This document shows, piece after piece, positions 26,578 through 27,071 of a stretch of DNA of 27,071 nt. The stretch's first letter is position 1. Each line of letters begins with the position of its first letter. Made by a program: the position numbers and the translations under genes. The notes under the pieces are model-generated. The model ran no database searches. It saw only the letters and a program-made list of their open reading frames with translations, and was not told where the DNA came from. Source of the stretch: an uncultured Gammaproteobacteria bacterium (GTDB lineage Bacteria > Pseudomonadota > Gammaproteobacteria > Acidiferrobacterales > CAJVXG01); contig CAJVXG010000001.1 in NCBI GenBank assembly GCA_913009215.1, forward strand, positions 1 to 27,071, in the 5' to 3' direction.

Positions 26578-27071
26578 ATGGGCGACGATATTTCCTTGCA
26601 AGACAAAGTAGCATTGATTACCGGCGGTGGACGACGTATCGGCGCCGAGATTTGTCGCATGCTGCATCAGGATGGCATGAACCTGGTGATCCATTATCGT
26701 AACTCGGAAGAGGATGCCCACGCGCTACAGGCCGAGCTGCATGAACAGCGCCCGGATTCGGTGTTGCTGGTGCAGGGCGACATCACCAGCATCCCGAAAC
26801 TGCAAAACCTGGTGTTCGCCACCACCGAGGAATTTGGTCAACTCGATGTCCTGATCAACAGCGCGTCAACGTTTTACCCGACCCCGGTTGGTGAGACCGA
26901 CGAGGTACAATGGGACGACCTCATGGGCACCAATCTGAAGGCGCCGTTTTTCCTCAGTCAGGCGGCGGCACCCCATCTGAAGGCCAGCAGGGGCTGCATC
27001 GTCAACCTGAGCGATATCCACGGCATGCGTACATTGAAAAACCACCCGGTGTACACCGCCGCCAAGGCCGG
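26578..27071 (+). CDS. folM: Pteridine reductase / dihydromonapterin reductase (SDR), 3'-truncated; not in the ORF track
   Basis: My translation from ATG 26578: MGDDISLQDKVALITGGGRRIGAEICRMLHQDGMNLVIHYRNS...LDVLINSASTFYPTP...WDDLMGTNLKAPFFLSQ...GCIVNLSDIH...HPVYTAAKA (TGxxxRIG, catalytic YxxxK). Confidence 0.9.
   Translation, partial: MGDDISLQDKVALITGGGRRIGAEICRMLHQDGMNLVIHYRNSEEDAHALQAELHEQRPDSVLLVQGDITSIPKLQNLVFATTEEFGQLDVLINSASTFYPTPVGETDEVQWDDLMGTNLKAPFFLSQAAAPHLKASRGCIVNLSDIHGMRTLKNHPVYTAAKA

Noticed and set aside
26511-26660. N-terminal extension of the MidA-family ORF
   Set aside because: Antisense to the start of folM and without family features.
147-26721. Numerous 60-185 aa ORFs overlapping or antisense to recognised genes (e.g. 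1406-1912, 2827-3324, 15820-16287, 19401-19955)
   Set aside because: Shadow frames of GC-rich coding sequence with no recognisable motifs, RBS or independent space.
1-27071. tRNA, rRNA, CRISPR array, IS/prophage genes, riboswitches, selenocysteine or frameshift recoding
   Set aside because: All intergenic gaps are about 120 nt or less with no cloverleaf, repeat-spacer or recognisable riboswitch pattern; all recognised genes read through at the expected length.

Overview
A gene-dense, mostly housekeeping chromosomal window from a gammaproteobacterium. The DsrE-, DUF2892- and AF1514-like small proteins hint at a sulfur-metabolising lifestyle, but that is inference. Gene order: recG (5'-truncated)-ubiC-ubiA-aroE (+); an orphan pseudoREC-REC-PAS-GGDEF-EAL protein with a strong sigma-54-type promoter (-); srkA-gor-gamma-carbonic-anhydrase-like (-); prlC, a membrane protein, an exported DUF4124/glutaredoxin and xth (+); a Sad/GabD-type aldehyde dehydrogenase (-); slt and an NDUFA9-like SDR (+); a lipoprotein HExxH aminopeptidase (-); cca (+); a ~5 kb accessory-looking + strand block (exported DsrE-family protein, rimO, low-GC FkbM methyltransferase, DUF2892-like, 4TM protein, AF1514-like, 4TM protein, DUF4846); a MidA/NDUFAF7 methyltransferase (-); and a divergent pteridine reductase folM (3'-truncated, absent from the ORF track). 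I found no rRNA, tRNA, CRISPR array, integrase or transposase. The best candidate for an undescribed system is the cca-to-midA block, especially the 23150-24035 small-protein operon and the coupled 4TM/DUF4846 pair. Family assignments come from recognising motifs by eye, not from database searches.
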